Part shown: piece after piece, positions 41,957 to 50,456 of the stretch
How the letters are laid out: the number at the start of each line of letters is the position of its first letter
Numbering within the stretch: position 1 is the stretch's first letter
Assembly: GCA_016180925.1 (NCBI GenBank)
Contig: JACPAH010000002.1
Location: 1-59,818, forward strand
Direction: 5' to 3'
DNA length: 59,818 nt
Source of the DNA: Candidatus Aenigmatarchaeota archaeon
Lineage (GTDB): Archaea; Aenigmatarchaeota; Aenigmatarchaeia; GW2011-AR5
Notes under the pieces: model-generated
What the model saw: only the letters and a program-made list of their open reading frames with translations
Told to the model about the DNA's origin: nothing
The model's database searches: none
Made by a program: the position numbers and the translations under genes

Positions 41957-42487
41957 TCATGCGACCACCACTATTGCTATCATGAACGACACGACGCTCA
42001 TGACGTCTCCCAGGGTAGTTATATAGGGCCCCATGATGTTGTTCGGGTCGTGCCCTTTCCTGAACACCCAGAACGTCGTATACACTGTCAACGGCGCCAT
42101 GAGTATCGAAACCATGCCTGCGATGACTGAAATGAAAATTATCTTCATATTTTCAATCCCGAAGAACCAGCTGCTGGCGAGATAGGCGAAGATGCCCAGT
42201 ATGACGCTTGATATCATTATAAGGGAAGCCGTGGCCAGCATGTTGCTCTTGGCCGTCCTGTCGTTCATCTTCGGCCTGACGACACCAAGGAAAAGGCCTG
42301 AGCTGAGGCGTGCCGCCATGGAGCCGCCAAGGCTGCCGCGCATCTCGAGGAAGCCCGGTATAAGTATGAACAGGCCTGGTATGAGATATATCTGGTTTGT
42401 CATGGAAGCGAGAACCACGCCGGCGAGCAGCCCGCCCGACACCGATATGAGCTCCACGGCGAGGATTTCCCTGAAGTCATTTCCCAT
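41957..42487 (-). CDS. MgtE-type divalent-cation transporter membrane domain protein
   Basis: ..LIPGFLEMRGSLGGSMAARLSSGL..; start moved to MGNDFREIL because the ORF's 5' extension runs into the tRNA-Gly gene. Confidence 0.75.
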   Translation of the reverse strand: MGNDFREILAVELISVSGGLLAGVVLASMTNQIYLIPGLFILIPGFLEMRGSLGGSMAARLSSGLFLGVVRPKMNDRTAKSNMLATASLIMISSVILGIFAYLASSWFFGIENMKIIFISVIAGMVSILMAPLTVYTTFWVFRKGHDPNNIMGPYITTLGDVMSVVSFMIAIVVVA

Positions 42488-42553
42488 TATAAGATATTGG
42501 TTTGGGGTTAAAAAAGAGTTTTTTATAAGCTTATACAGCAATTTCTCAATAAA

Positions 42554-42684
42554 GCGCCTGTAGTCTAATGGTAGCTTGACGCTAAAGACGTCGTGCCAGT
42601 AAAGGACCACAGCCTTCCAAGCTGTTGACTGTAGCTAATAATTTGGCTCAGGCAGAAATCCGGGTTCGAATCCCGGCGGGCGCA
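42554..42684 (+). tRNA. tRNA-Gly(UCC) interrupted at three positions (about 42574-42585 D loop/stem, 42591-42608 at position 26/27, about 42626-42654 variable region)
   Basis: manual fold: acceptor GCGCCTG/CGGGCGC, GTCT-AATGGTA-[12 nt]-AGAC, G, [18 nt], ACAGC-CTTCCAA-GCTGT, [about 29 nt], GAAAT, CCGGG-TTCGAAT-CCCGG, discriminator A; TATA-like TTTTTATAAGC 24-34 nt upstream. Confidence 0.55.
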
Positions 42685-42687
42685 TTG

Positions 42688-43701
42688 ATGACGTGCAAAA
42701 AATATCTTCTGATAGCTGTCTTCCTGGCGGCTGCATCCGGATGTGTTTCTGAAAGCACCAGCATACCTACTGCACCTGATGCAGGAGAGGCGATTGCGGA
42801 AACGTTTTCTTATTCGGCAGCCGGTTACCCTGAAATGAGCGAAATTTCCATGGAGGCGGCAGGCTATCCGCTGCTTCTTGAAAATCCCATAATGGCACTT
42901 CCGATAAAATACTACATAAACGAAAGCACTATAAACTACAGCTACGCGGTCTTTTACCCTGAAATGGTTAACGACACCATAGAAGGCCTGAAGGAATGGG
43001 AGCGTGCCACGGGCGGTGCCGTGAGATTTGCAGAAGCCAGAGAGATGTCCGATGCCAGTGTCGTAATAAACTTCGTCAAGTTCTACAACATAACGTCCGT
43101 GACGTCCAGCGAATACGGCCTGTCGTGGACGAGCCAGCTCGGCGAAGGCGGACCCACGTCCATCGTCTCATACAGAGGGTTCAACCTCATAAACAGCTCG
43201 GTGATGTTCATCTTCCCGAACAGGAATGACAGGTGCGAGACGGTGCAGACAGCGGAGCACGAGTTCGGGCACGCGACAGGCCTCGACCACGACGGCATCC
43301 CGGACAGCATAATGTTTTCAAGCGCCAGAGGCACATGCCTGCAGAAATTCAAGCAGCCCACAACGGATGCCATAAAAAGCCTTTACAGTAACGCCAAACC
43401 GGACCTCAGGTTCGCCTATGTAAGGACGTCAGAGTCAAACGGGACTTTCGACATCGACATGAAAATCGAGAACGTCGGCCTCGCATATTCCGGCAGCGTG
43501 AGCCTGAAGCTCTACGACGGCTCGTTCTTCAGATGGGAAAGCACGACAAGGCCGCTGGGCCCGGGCGGCTCCGAAGTGTTCCTGATGAAAGGACTCAGAA
43601 TGTCGCCCGCGAACGGTTCCATCCAGGCTTTCATCGATATAGAATCGTCCCAGGAAGAGATATCCAGGGAAGACAACGAGATAACACTGAGAAAACGGTA
43701 A
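42688..43701 (+). CDS. secreted lipoprotein-like zinc metalloprotease (matrixin/M10-like) with a C-terminal beta-sandwich-like domain
   Basis: leader ..LIAVFLAAASGC; HEFGHATGLDHD = HExxHxxGxxH; start set after the tRNA. Confidence 0.75.
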   Translation: MTCKKYLLIAVFLAAASGCVSESTSIPTAPDAGEAIAETFSYSAAGYPEMSEISMEAAGYPLLLENPIMALPIKYYINESTINYSYAVFYPEMVNDTIEGLKEWERATGGAVRFAEAREMSDASVVINFVKFYNITSVTSSEYGLSWTSQLGEGGPTSIVSYRGFNLINSSVMFIFPNRNDRCETVQTAEHEFGHATGLDHDGIPDSIMFSSARGTCLQKFKQPTTDAIKSLYSNAKPDLRFAYVRTSESNGTFDIDMKIENVGLAYSGSVSLKLYDGSFFRWESTTRPLGPGGSEVFLMKGLRMSPANGSIQAFIDIESSQEEISREDNEITLRKR

Positions 43702-43893
43702 TCATTTCCTCAGCTCGTTCAGCATCATGGCGAGAAGCGAGAGAATGGAAACCGTGAGAAGGCCTGCGGCAATAGTGTACTGCTGCGCGTAGAATGCCAG
43801 GTCCATCAGTATAACCATAAGAAGGATGAATGACGGGAGCTTGTTTTTCATGACGGCGTTCTTCAGGTTCATTTTATCACCACGTTGTCCCAT
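43702..43893 (-). CDS. small two-TM membrane protein
   Basis: ORF track; hydrophobic. Confidence 0.35.
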   Translation of the reverse strand: MGQRGDKMNLKNAVMKNKLPSFILLMVILMDLAFYAQQYTIAAGLLTVSILSLLAMMLNELRK

Positions 43894-44165
43894 GTTTCTA
43901 TCTTCATGAACGGGCGTGCTTCCGACAGGTTCTTCCCCTCAAGCTGGAATTTTATGATGCCTTCCGCATCACCTTCCGATATCACGCCTTCCTTCAGGCC
44001 TTTCAGCTGCTCCTCCCTACCGAGGCATTTTATTGAAAAGCCGTTGCCGGCCGCGGCCGTAAATTCCACGAGGTCTGAATTCTTCTTCAATGCCGATATC
44101 TCCATGCCGACAAGAGACAGATAGTCATTGGGATATCGCAGCCTTTCCGAATCAAGCTCTACCAT
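43869..44165 (-). CDS. hypothetical 98-aa protein
   Basis: ORF track only. Confidence 0.4.
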   Translation of the reverse strand: MVELDSERLRYPNDYLSLVGMEISALKKNSDLVEFTAAAGNGFSIKCLGREEQLKGLKEGVISEGDAEGIIKFQLEGKNLSEARPFMKIETWDNVVIK

Positions 44166-44193
44166 AGAGAAGAAATGGAAGAAAACTTTATAT

Positions 44194-45792
44194 TCATTTA
44201 AATTCCGTCTTTACCGAAAGCGTCCTGCCGTCTATCTCCCTCCGGACGAAGCTGCCGTCAAGCCTGATTGGAGCGTCCTCGGAATCGAGCTCATGGAGCT
44301 GGAAGTATCTGGAGGCCGGGACGTACCTTGAGGCGAAGACCGAATTCAGAACTGCGTCCTTCACGCCGCGGAGCGAATCGACGACTTCTATGTCGCTTCC
44401 AAGGCGGATGTTCCGCTCGAAGACTGCCCGGTGCTTCCTGTCCTTTGTTATGAGCTTGTTTATGAGGAGCTTCTTCGTGTAGAAGGAGCTGCGCCCGCCG
44501 ACAGACGACAGATACGCCCTTGAAAGTATCATCTTCTTCGACGAAAGGTAATCCGCCGGGACCTCGTGGAAATTCCCCGATACTGACATGTTGCCCTTCT
44601 GGACAGACGCCGAGCAGTCGCCAAGCCATCCCGAAGTTATTATCCTGCCGCCGTCAACAGCCGAAATGCCCGAATCGACAAGCGATTTCCCTTTTGAAAA
44701 GACCTGGAAGACGCCGCCTTTCTTCATGTTGGCCGTGAAATAATAATCTCTCTTCGCGGCAACCATCCCGGATTCCGGAAAGTATTTTTCGAAGGGCTTC
44801 CCGTCGCACGGCAACACAGCCTTCGGCCTTTTCCTCGAGAAGTCCAGGTATGAGAGGAGGAATTCTATGACAAGATTGGGGAGGTATTTCTGGTCGACTG
44901 CCGCGGGCGACAATGCGTAACCGTTGCTCAGGCCCTTCAGCGTCCTGTCGGACATGGCCGCAGCCTCCCTGACATGCCCTGCAAGAAGCTCATATCCATG
45001 CGGGTGGAAATGTGTTGTATGGCGGCTTCCTATGACGCCGCCGTAGAAGCCGTTCGGGTAAATGAAGTATGATGAGAATTCTATGGCCTTCCTCGCACTC
45101 TCGAGGAACCTGGAATCCTTCGTGTCGCGGAAGGCCTTCGCAAGGAAGCTTATTGTCGTCGTAAGGTATCCCAGGTCGCACCCGTCATACTCAAGGAACC
45201 ACCCCTCGCCGGACTGCCTGTCCAGCGTTATCCTGAACTTCCTGTCGGCTGCCTTGAGGAGGCTTTCGTCCCCTGTCATGGAATGGAGTTTCTGCAGGCA
45301 GTATCCTGCTATGACCTGGTGATTCGTTATCTTTCCCGGCTCGTCACCTGCTGCGAGGAATCCGGCGGCCTTGGTTATCGACTCGAATATCCTGTCCTTT
45401 TCCCTCCCGTTCATTTCATCCTTGAGAAGCTCGTATGATTCGATAACTGCGTAGAGGGTCCAGGCGGCGGCGCCGAAGCTGTGCTCGTTTGGGTAGTGCT
45501 CGTCGAAGGAGCCGTCTTTCTTCTGTATGTCGCACCAGAAATCCATCCCTGCAACGGCCCAGTCAAGAATCTTTTTCCTTCCATGATAAGGACTTCCAGG
45601 GAACTTGTGCCTGTATACAAGCGCAAGAGGGAGGACGCACATCTGAGGATGCGCCGACGCGATGTCCGTTGCCTTGTCGTGCCAGAAAGGCCTGTAGAAG
45701 CATCCATATGTTGCTGAAGGCATGTTCCTGTCCATAACGCTGAGGATGCGCGGCACCTGCGATACGGCTTCGCGTGAGTAGATGTCCCTCAT
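44194..45792 (-). CDS. 533-aa protein of unknown function in the glycan cluster (possibly an alpha/alpha-toroid, heparinase/terpenoid-cyclase-like fold)
   Basis: start set at MRDIYS, where ATGA overlaps the GT2 stop; the longer ORF extension overlaps the GT2 gene; the fold guess is weak. Confidence 0.6.
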   Translation of the reverse strand: MRDIYSREAVSQVPRILSVMDRNMPSATYGCFYRPFWHDKATDIASAHPQMCVLPLALVYRHKFPGSPYHGRKKILDWAVAGMDFWCDIQKKDGSFDEHYPNEHSFGAAAWTLYAVIESYELLKDEMNGREKDRIFESITKAAGFLAAGDEPGKITNHQVIAGYCLQKLHSMTGDESLLKAADRKFRITLDRQSGEGWFLEYDGCDLGYLTTTISFLAKAFRDTKDSRFLESARKAIEFSSYFIYPNGFYGGVIGSRHTTHFHPHGYELLAGHVREAAAMSDRTLKGLSNGYALSPAAVDQKYLPNLVIEFLLSYLDFSRKRPKAVLPCDGKPFEKYFPESGMVAAKRDYYFTANMKKGGVFQVFSKGKSLVDSGISAVDGGRIITSGWLGDCSASVQKGNMSVSGNFHEVPADYLSSKKMILSRAYLSSVGGRSSFYTKKLLINKLITKDRKHRAVFERNIRLGSDIEVVDSLRGVKDAVLNSVFASRYVPASRYFQLHELDSEDAPIRLDGSFVRREIDGRTLSVKTEFK

Positions 45793-46709
45793 TTCTTGTC
45801 GACCCTGTTCTTTATCTCTATCATTATGCTGAGCATGAACCCGAAGAAGAACAGCAGCACGCCGAGGAGTATTAGAAGCGCCGTGAGGATGAGAGCGGGT
45901 ATGTGGTTGAATGTCCTGATTATGTTGAAGTTCTCTATCGCGAGCACGGAAAGCCCCACAATGAAGCCTGCCACGGTCAGAAGTATGCCGAGAAAAGTGA
46001 ACAGCATGGTGTGCCATCCTGCCCTGAGGAGGAGTATGGGCAGCGTCCACGCAAAATAGCGCTTCGCCGACGCAACGACCTTCGACCTGCCGAAGCTGCG
46101 CCTTTTCCACGCCGACGGCACTTCCTTTATGCGGAAGCCCTTCTTCGCGGCGTCTATGATGGTCTCCTGGACGTAGGTGTGAGTGCCTATCATCTCAAGG
46201 CTCTCGGCGACCTCGCGGCGCATTGCGCGGAATCCGGCCTGCGCGTCGGTTATCGGCAGCCTGGTTATCCTCCTGACCATCCACGAAAGGGACTTGTTGC
46301 CGAGCCTGTTCATCAGAGGCATGCGGTATTCCATCAGGGACTTGTCAAGAAACCGCGAACCTATGACCAGGTCGGCTTCCCCGCTCAGGACAGGGCTGAC
46401 GACGTTCGGTATTTCCTCCGGCTCTGTCTGCCCGTCGGCGTCTATGCTGACTATTATATCGGCATCCATCTCAGCGGCGGCCTTGAGGCCCCTGAACATG
46501 GCCGCTCCGAGCCCTTTCCCGTCGCCCCTCACCGCCCTGGCGCCCGCCTTTTCCGCCACTTCCATCGTTTTATCGCGGGAGTCGCTCACTACAAGGACCT
46601 TGAAATCAAGCTTGTGCTTCTTTCCGACGTCCTGTATCCGCTTCACCATGCCGCCTATGGTGTCCTGCTCGTTCTTCGCGGGTATGACAACAACTATCTT
46701 TTTGGCCAT
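45789..46709 (-). CDS. family-2 glycosyltransferase (dolichyl-phosphate sugar synthase-like) with C-terminal TM helices
   Basis: VVIPAKNE.., SDS.D.T, DADGQ motifs. Confidence 0.8.
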   Translation of the reverse strand: MAKKIVVVIPAKNEQDTIGGMVKRIQDVGKKHKLDFKVLVVSDSRDKTMEVAEKAGARAVRGDGKGLGAAMFRGLKAAAEMDADIIVSIDADGQTEPEEIPNVVSPVLSGEADLVIGSRFLDKSLMEYRMPLMNRLGNKSLSWMVRRITRLPITDAQAGFRAMRREVAESLEMIGTHTYVQETIIDAAKKGFRIKEVPSAWKRRSFGRSKVVASAKRYFAWTLPILLLRAGWHTMLFTFLGILLTVAGFIVGLSVLAIENFNIIRTFNHIPALILTALLILLGVLLFFFGFMLSIMIEIKNRVDKK

Positions 46710-46739
46710 AGTCCTAATCTCGCGGATAGATATAAAAAG

Positions 46740-47846
46740 TCAGAACTGGAGGTCGTAATTCTCGTGCCTTATGACGGCACATCTGCCGTAATCGTCCTCT
46801 GACGCCACCATGACGCCCAATTTGCTGGCGAGCTTCCCGAGCTGCGCTGATGGGATGTTGGGGTCATATATCTTTATTTCACAACCCTTCTCCTTCAGGA
46901 GCATTATGACGTCGATTACGGGCGAATCCCTGGTGTCGTGTATTTTTTCCTCGATAGGCTTCGAGGTGACGCCGTGGAAAAGCAGCGCCTTTCCCGGATG
47001 CTTCTCCGTGATGCGCTTCGCGCGGGCTTTGGCAAGCTGCATCCTCACATGCTCCGTCGCCTGAAGCAGGTGCGGCTCATGTCCTTTATCCTTTGCATGG
47101 CTTATCAACATCTTCGTGTCCTTCGGCAGGCAGTATCCGCCCCATATGCCGGGCTTCTTTATCCTCCTGTGAGGGTCGCCTTCGTTCGTTATGCGGAATA
47201 TCTCTTCAGGCTCGAAGCCGTGCAGGCGGGCGATTTCCCCGAGCTCGCCTGCGAGCGCGAATTCGGCCTGGCGGAACGCGTTGGAAAAGAGCTTGGCAAG
47301 CTCGGCCTTCTCAGGCGGCACGGCTTTTACGGTCCTGCATCCAAGCGACTCGAATATGGAAGAAATTCTGCGGAATAATTCTTCATCAAACGCCCCTATT
47401 ATGTGCGGAAATTCATGGAACTGCCTCACGACCTTCCCCTCGAACGTCCTGACAGGCACGAATGACAGCCTGATATTCCTGAACTTCTCCTGCATCCTTC
47501 GGGTGAAGCCCGGATAGACCGTTGACATTATGACGACATCCCCAGTGTAAAACCCGTCAAGGCTTTCAAGCGAGCTCTCTATGGCAGAAAAATCGCCTTG
47601 AGTGCTCGGAAGGGAGATGAAGACAATGCTGCAGCCTTTGAGCTCCCTTATATCAGAGGTCGCCGACATCTTTGCATTCCGGGACATCTCTTCAATGCCC
47701 TCCTCGGTGCACGAATAAGCGCCCCTGTTTATCGCGCCGACCTTGTCCTCATTGATGTCAACCCCCGTCACGTCGAACTTCTGCGCGAACATGACGGCGA
47801 GAGGATATCCGGCGAAGCCCAAACCTATGAAGCCCAATTTCATCAT
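46740..47846 (-). CDS. UDP-sugar 6-dehydrogenase family protein (UDP-glucose/UDP-ManNAc dehydrogenase-like)
   Basis: GFIGLGFAG Rossmann motif, GGYCLPKD catalytic-Cys motif; start moved to MMKLGF. Confidence 0.8.
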   Translation of the reverse strand: MMKLGFIGLGFAGYPLAVMFAQKFDVTGVDINEDKVGAINRGAYSCTEEGIEEMSRNAKMSATSDIRELKGCSIVFISLPSTQGDFSAIESSLESLDGFYTGDVVIMSTVYPGFTRRMQEKFRNIRLSFVPVRTFEGKVVRQFHEFPHIIGAFDEELFRRISSIFESLGCRTVKAVPPEKAELAKLFSNAFRQAEFALAGELGEIARLHGFEPEEIFRITNEGDPHRRIKKPGIWGGYCLPKDTKMLISHAKDKGHEPHLLQATEHVRMQLAKARAKRITEKHPGKALLFHGVTSKPIEEKIHDTRDSPVIDVIMLLKEKGCEIKIYDPNIPSAQLGKLASKLGVMVASEDDYGRCAVIRHENYDLQF

Positions 47847-47895
47847 GATACTCTTGAAAAAGTCTTTATAAATATAAATTAGAAGTACGTTTAGC

Positions 47896-48531
47896 ATGAT
47901 GAAAAAGGATGAAATTAACCGATATCCGGATATTCCAGGCTGGCTTGCTGACGAGGAAGGCGAACTGCTGTACAGGCTTGCCATGGAATGCAAGGATGGC
48001 GAGATAGTGGAGATAGGCTCGTGGAAAGGCAAGTCCACCGTCTGGCTTGCTGAAGGCTCGAGAGCTGGAAGGGGCCTGAAGATACACGCGATAGACCCTC
48101 ACAAAGGCTATGACGGCAAGTCCACGCTGAAAGAATTCAAGGACAATATCGCCAGGGCCGGTGTCGGCGGCATGATAATTCCGGTAGTGAAAACGTCAGA
48201 GGAAGCCGCAAAAGGATTCAGCAAGCCTGTCGGCCTCATATTCATCGACGGCTCGCACGAATACAATGACGTGAAGAAGGATTTTGAACTGTGGTTCCCC
48301 AGGCTCGTCGACGGGGGCGTGATGGCGTTCCACGACACTCTCGGCTACGACGGGCCCAGGAGGCTAGTGAACGAGCTCGTCTACAAATCGCGCAGCTTCA
48401 GGAATGTCAGGCTTGTGAACAACATAACATACGCGGTGAAGGCGGAGAACACCTTTCCAGACAGGCTCCGGAACAGGCTGTCGCTTCTTATCAAGAGGCT
48501 CCGCGAAATGGCGATAAGGAAGAAGGGCTGA
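47896..48531 (+). CDS. class I SAM-dependent methyltransferase (Methyltransf_24 / O-MTase-like)
   Basis: IVEIGSWKGKST.WLA, IFIDGSHEY..V..D, GG...FHD. Confidence 0.7.
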   Translation: MMKKDEINRYPDIPGWLADEEGELLYRLAMECKDGEIVEIGSWKGKSTVWLAEGSRAGRGLKIHAIDPHKGYDGKSTLKEFKDNIARAGVGGMIIPVVKTSEEAAKGFSKPVGLIFIDGSHEYNDVKKDFELWFPRLVDGGVMAFHDTLGYDGPRRLVNELVYKSRSFRNVRLVNNITYAVKAENTFPDRLRNRLSLLIKRLREMAIRKKG

Positions 48532-48634
48532 CGCATGAAAGAAATAGGCATTTAAGAACATTGAGAATACAACTATAATTAATATGCTCCCCGGTCTTGT
48601 ACTTTCTTCGGAAAGGCAACACCGGGTCTAATAT

Positions 48635-49180
48635 TTATTTCTTCATGAGATTCTTAACAATTTCATCAAGCAGGACAGACGAATCACACACGCTTCTCAG
48701 GAAGTCAGACCTGCTAACCGAGAAATACGCATTTTCGACCTTTTTGCCAAGCTTCTGGACCTTCTTTATGGCCGGTACAAAATCACCGTCTCCGCTTACA
48801 AGTATAGCAGTATCGTATACATTTTCATAGGCAAAGGAAAGCATATCAGTGGCCAGATATATGTCATCACCTTTCACGGCAAATTCAAACTTTCCGTCAG
48901 GCTTCTTTATTTTTCTCATGTCGCACAATACAACATGAAAGCCGGGTATCTTCCTCAATTCGGAGAAAAACTTCTGTTGTTTCCGGTAAATTTCGAAATT
49001 ATAACCCCTGTCAAGCGGGGCGTTGTAATAATAAACACCGATAAGTAAACGCTTGTTTTTCAGAACTTCTATCAGTTTCGCAAAATCCACCTGATTATCA
49101 TGTATCTGGAAAGTGCCTTTTACGCTGTGATAAAAATTGCTCCCGTCTATGAAGATTGCCGCGCGCTCAGTGCTCGGCAT
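48635..49180 (-). CDS. NYN (LabA-like) domain protein, putative RNase
   Basis: AIFIDGSNFYH..., ..ILVSGDGDF.P... acidic motifs. Confidence 0.7.
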   Translation of the reverse strand: MPSTERAAIFIDGSNFYHSVKGTFQIHDNQVDFAKLIEVLKNKRLLIGVYYYNAPLDRGYNFEIYRKQQKFFSELRKIPGFHVVLCDMRKIKKPDGKFEFAVKGDDIYLATDMLSFAYENVYDTAILVSGDGDFVPAIKKVQKLGKKVENAYFSVSRSDFLRSVCDSSVLLDEIVKNLMKK

Positions 49181-49246
49181 AAAGATATGATGGGACTATA
49201 TTGTTATTAAAGGATTGTTATCTTCGTAGTCAAAAGGTGAAACCTA

Positions 49247-49465
49247 ATGCAAAGATATACACCTGAGGAAAAAGAGGCATTTGACAGTGCGCTCCTTGAT
49301 TTGTTTTCCGACAACAGGCCGCGCTCGACAGCTGGAATTGGTATCGGCTTGTTGAGGGCAACACGTTATCAATACTCGGCGACTGCAGTTTCTTCATATG
49401 TTCATGATATGATTGATAGTAGAGTGCTGGAAGATAAAGGATTCGGAACTTATGCTATTTCTTGA
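49247..49465 (+). CDS. hypothetical 72-aa protein
   Basis: ORF track only. Confidence 0.35.
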   Translation: MQRYTPEEKEAFDSALLDLFSDNRPRSTAGIGIGLLRATRYQYSATAVSSYVHDMIDSRVLEDKGFGTYAIS

Positions 49466-49479
49466 AGGTATATGCCTAA

Positions 49480-50406
49480 TCATTTGATTCCTTTGTATGC
49501 GTCTATTATCATGTCCACGTTGCCGTATTCCGGCTTCCACTTGAGGAGGCGCTTGGCCTTCGAGTTGTCCAGGATGAACGTCTTGTCCATGAGGAGGTAA
49601 TGCTCCGGCGTCAGCGGCGACACGTGAAGGAAGTGGCCTGCGCGGAAAATATTCCTGAAAAGCGTTGTGTTGAGAGTTATGAGCCTTGACTTTGAGCCTG
49701 TCATGGAGAACACGGCTTCGAACATTTCCCTGAGCTCGGGCACGTTGTCGGAGCCGATGTTCATTATTTCGCCTGCGGCCTTGCACTTTTCGGCCTTCAT
49801 GCACGCATCAGCCATGTCATGCACGCTTATCATCTGCATGCGGTTCTTTCCGGAGCCCAGTATCGGTATGGGACGGCCCTTCTTTATCCATCGGAGGCAC
49901 ATGTCGAATATCCCGTATATGCCGGGGCCGACCATCGTCATCGGCCTGAGCCCGACGACATCGAGCCCCTTGGCATGATATTGGAGCATGAGCTCTTCAG
50001 CCTCAAGCTTGCTCTTTCCGTACATCCCCAGCGGGGCTTTCGGGTCATCCTCGGCATAAGGGACTTTCTTCGGCTGCCCGAAGACCGACGAGCTTGATAC
50101 GTGGACGACCTTTGTCCCTGCACCGAGAGCGCACGAAAATACGTTCCCGGAGCCTGCAACTATCACGTCCCGGACGTCTTTGCCTGAGGCGCCTGACTGC
50201 GGCAGAAGGGAAGCAAGATGGAAGACGGTGTCGCATCCTTTCAGGGCTTTTTTCACGTCGTCCACGGCCCTTACATCGCCTTTTACGAATTCCGCATCCC
50301 CGGCTTTGGGCTCCTTTATGTCAAGTACCCTGACGTCATCCTTCTTGAGGAGTTCCTCCACCAGGAACGAGCCGAAAAAGCCTGAGCCGCCTGTCACGAG
50401 CTTCAT
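49480..50406 (-). CDS. NAD-dependent nucleotide-sugar epimerase/dehydratase (extended SDR)
   Basis: VTGGSGFFGS motif, YGKSK catalytic motif. Confidence 0.85.
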   Translation of the reverse strand: MKLVTGGSGFFGSFLVEELLKKDDVRVLDIKEPKAGDAEFVKGDVRAVDDVKKALKGCDTVFHLASLLPQSGASGKDVRDVIVAGSGNVFSCALGAGTKVVHVSSSSVFGQPKKVPYAEDDPKAPLGMYGKSKLEAEELMLQYHAKGLDVVGLRPMTMVGPGIYGIFDMCLRWIKKGRPIPILGSGKNRMQMISVHDMADACMKAEKCKAAGEIMNIGSDNVPELREMFEAVFSMTGSKSRLITLNTTLFRNIFRAGHFLHVSPLTPEHYLLMDKTFILDNSKAKRLLKWKPEYGNVDMIIDAYKGIK

Positions 50407-50456
50407 CGTTAGACTATGGGAGAAACCTTTTTTAGCTTAGTAATTTCACTACATAT

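Noticed and set aside
44194-46110. Long N-terminal extensions of several ORF-track entries (44194..46110, 46740..48038, 42625..43701, 41957..42610, 22265..23311, 29018..29812, 58565..58843)
   Set aside because: The extensions overlap a neighbouring well-supported gene, a tRNA gene or a hairpin array, and they translate to non-homologous sequence. Starts were moved to internal ATG/GTG codons that match family N-termini or operon coupling (ATGA/TAATG overlaps).
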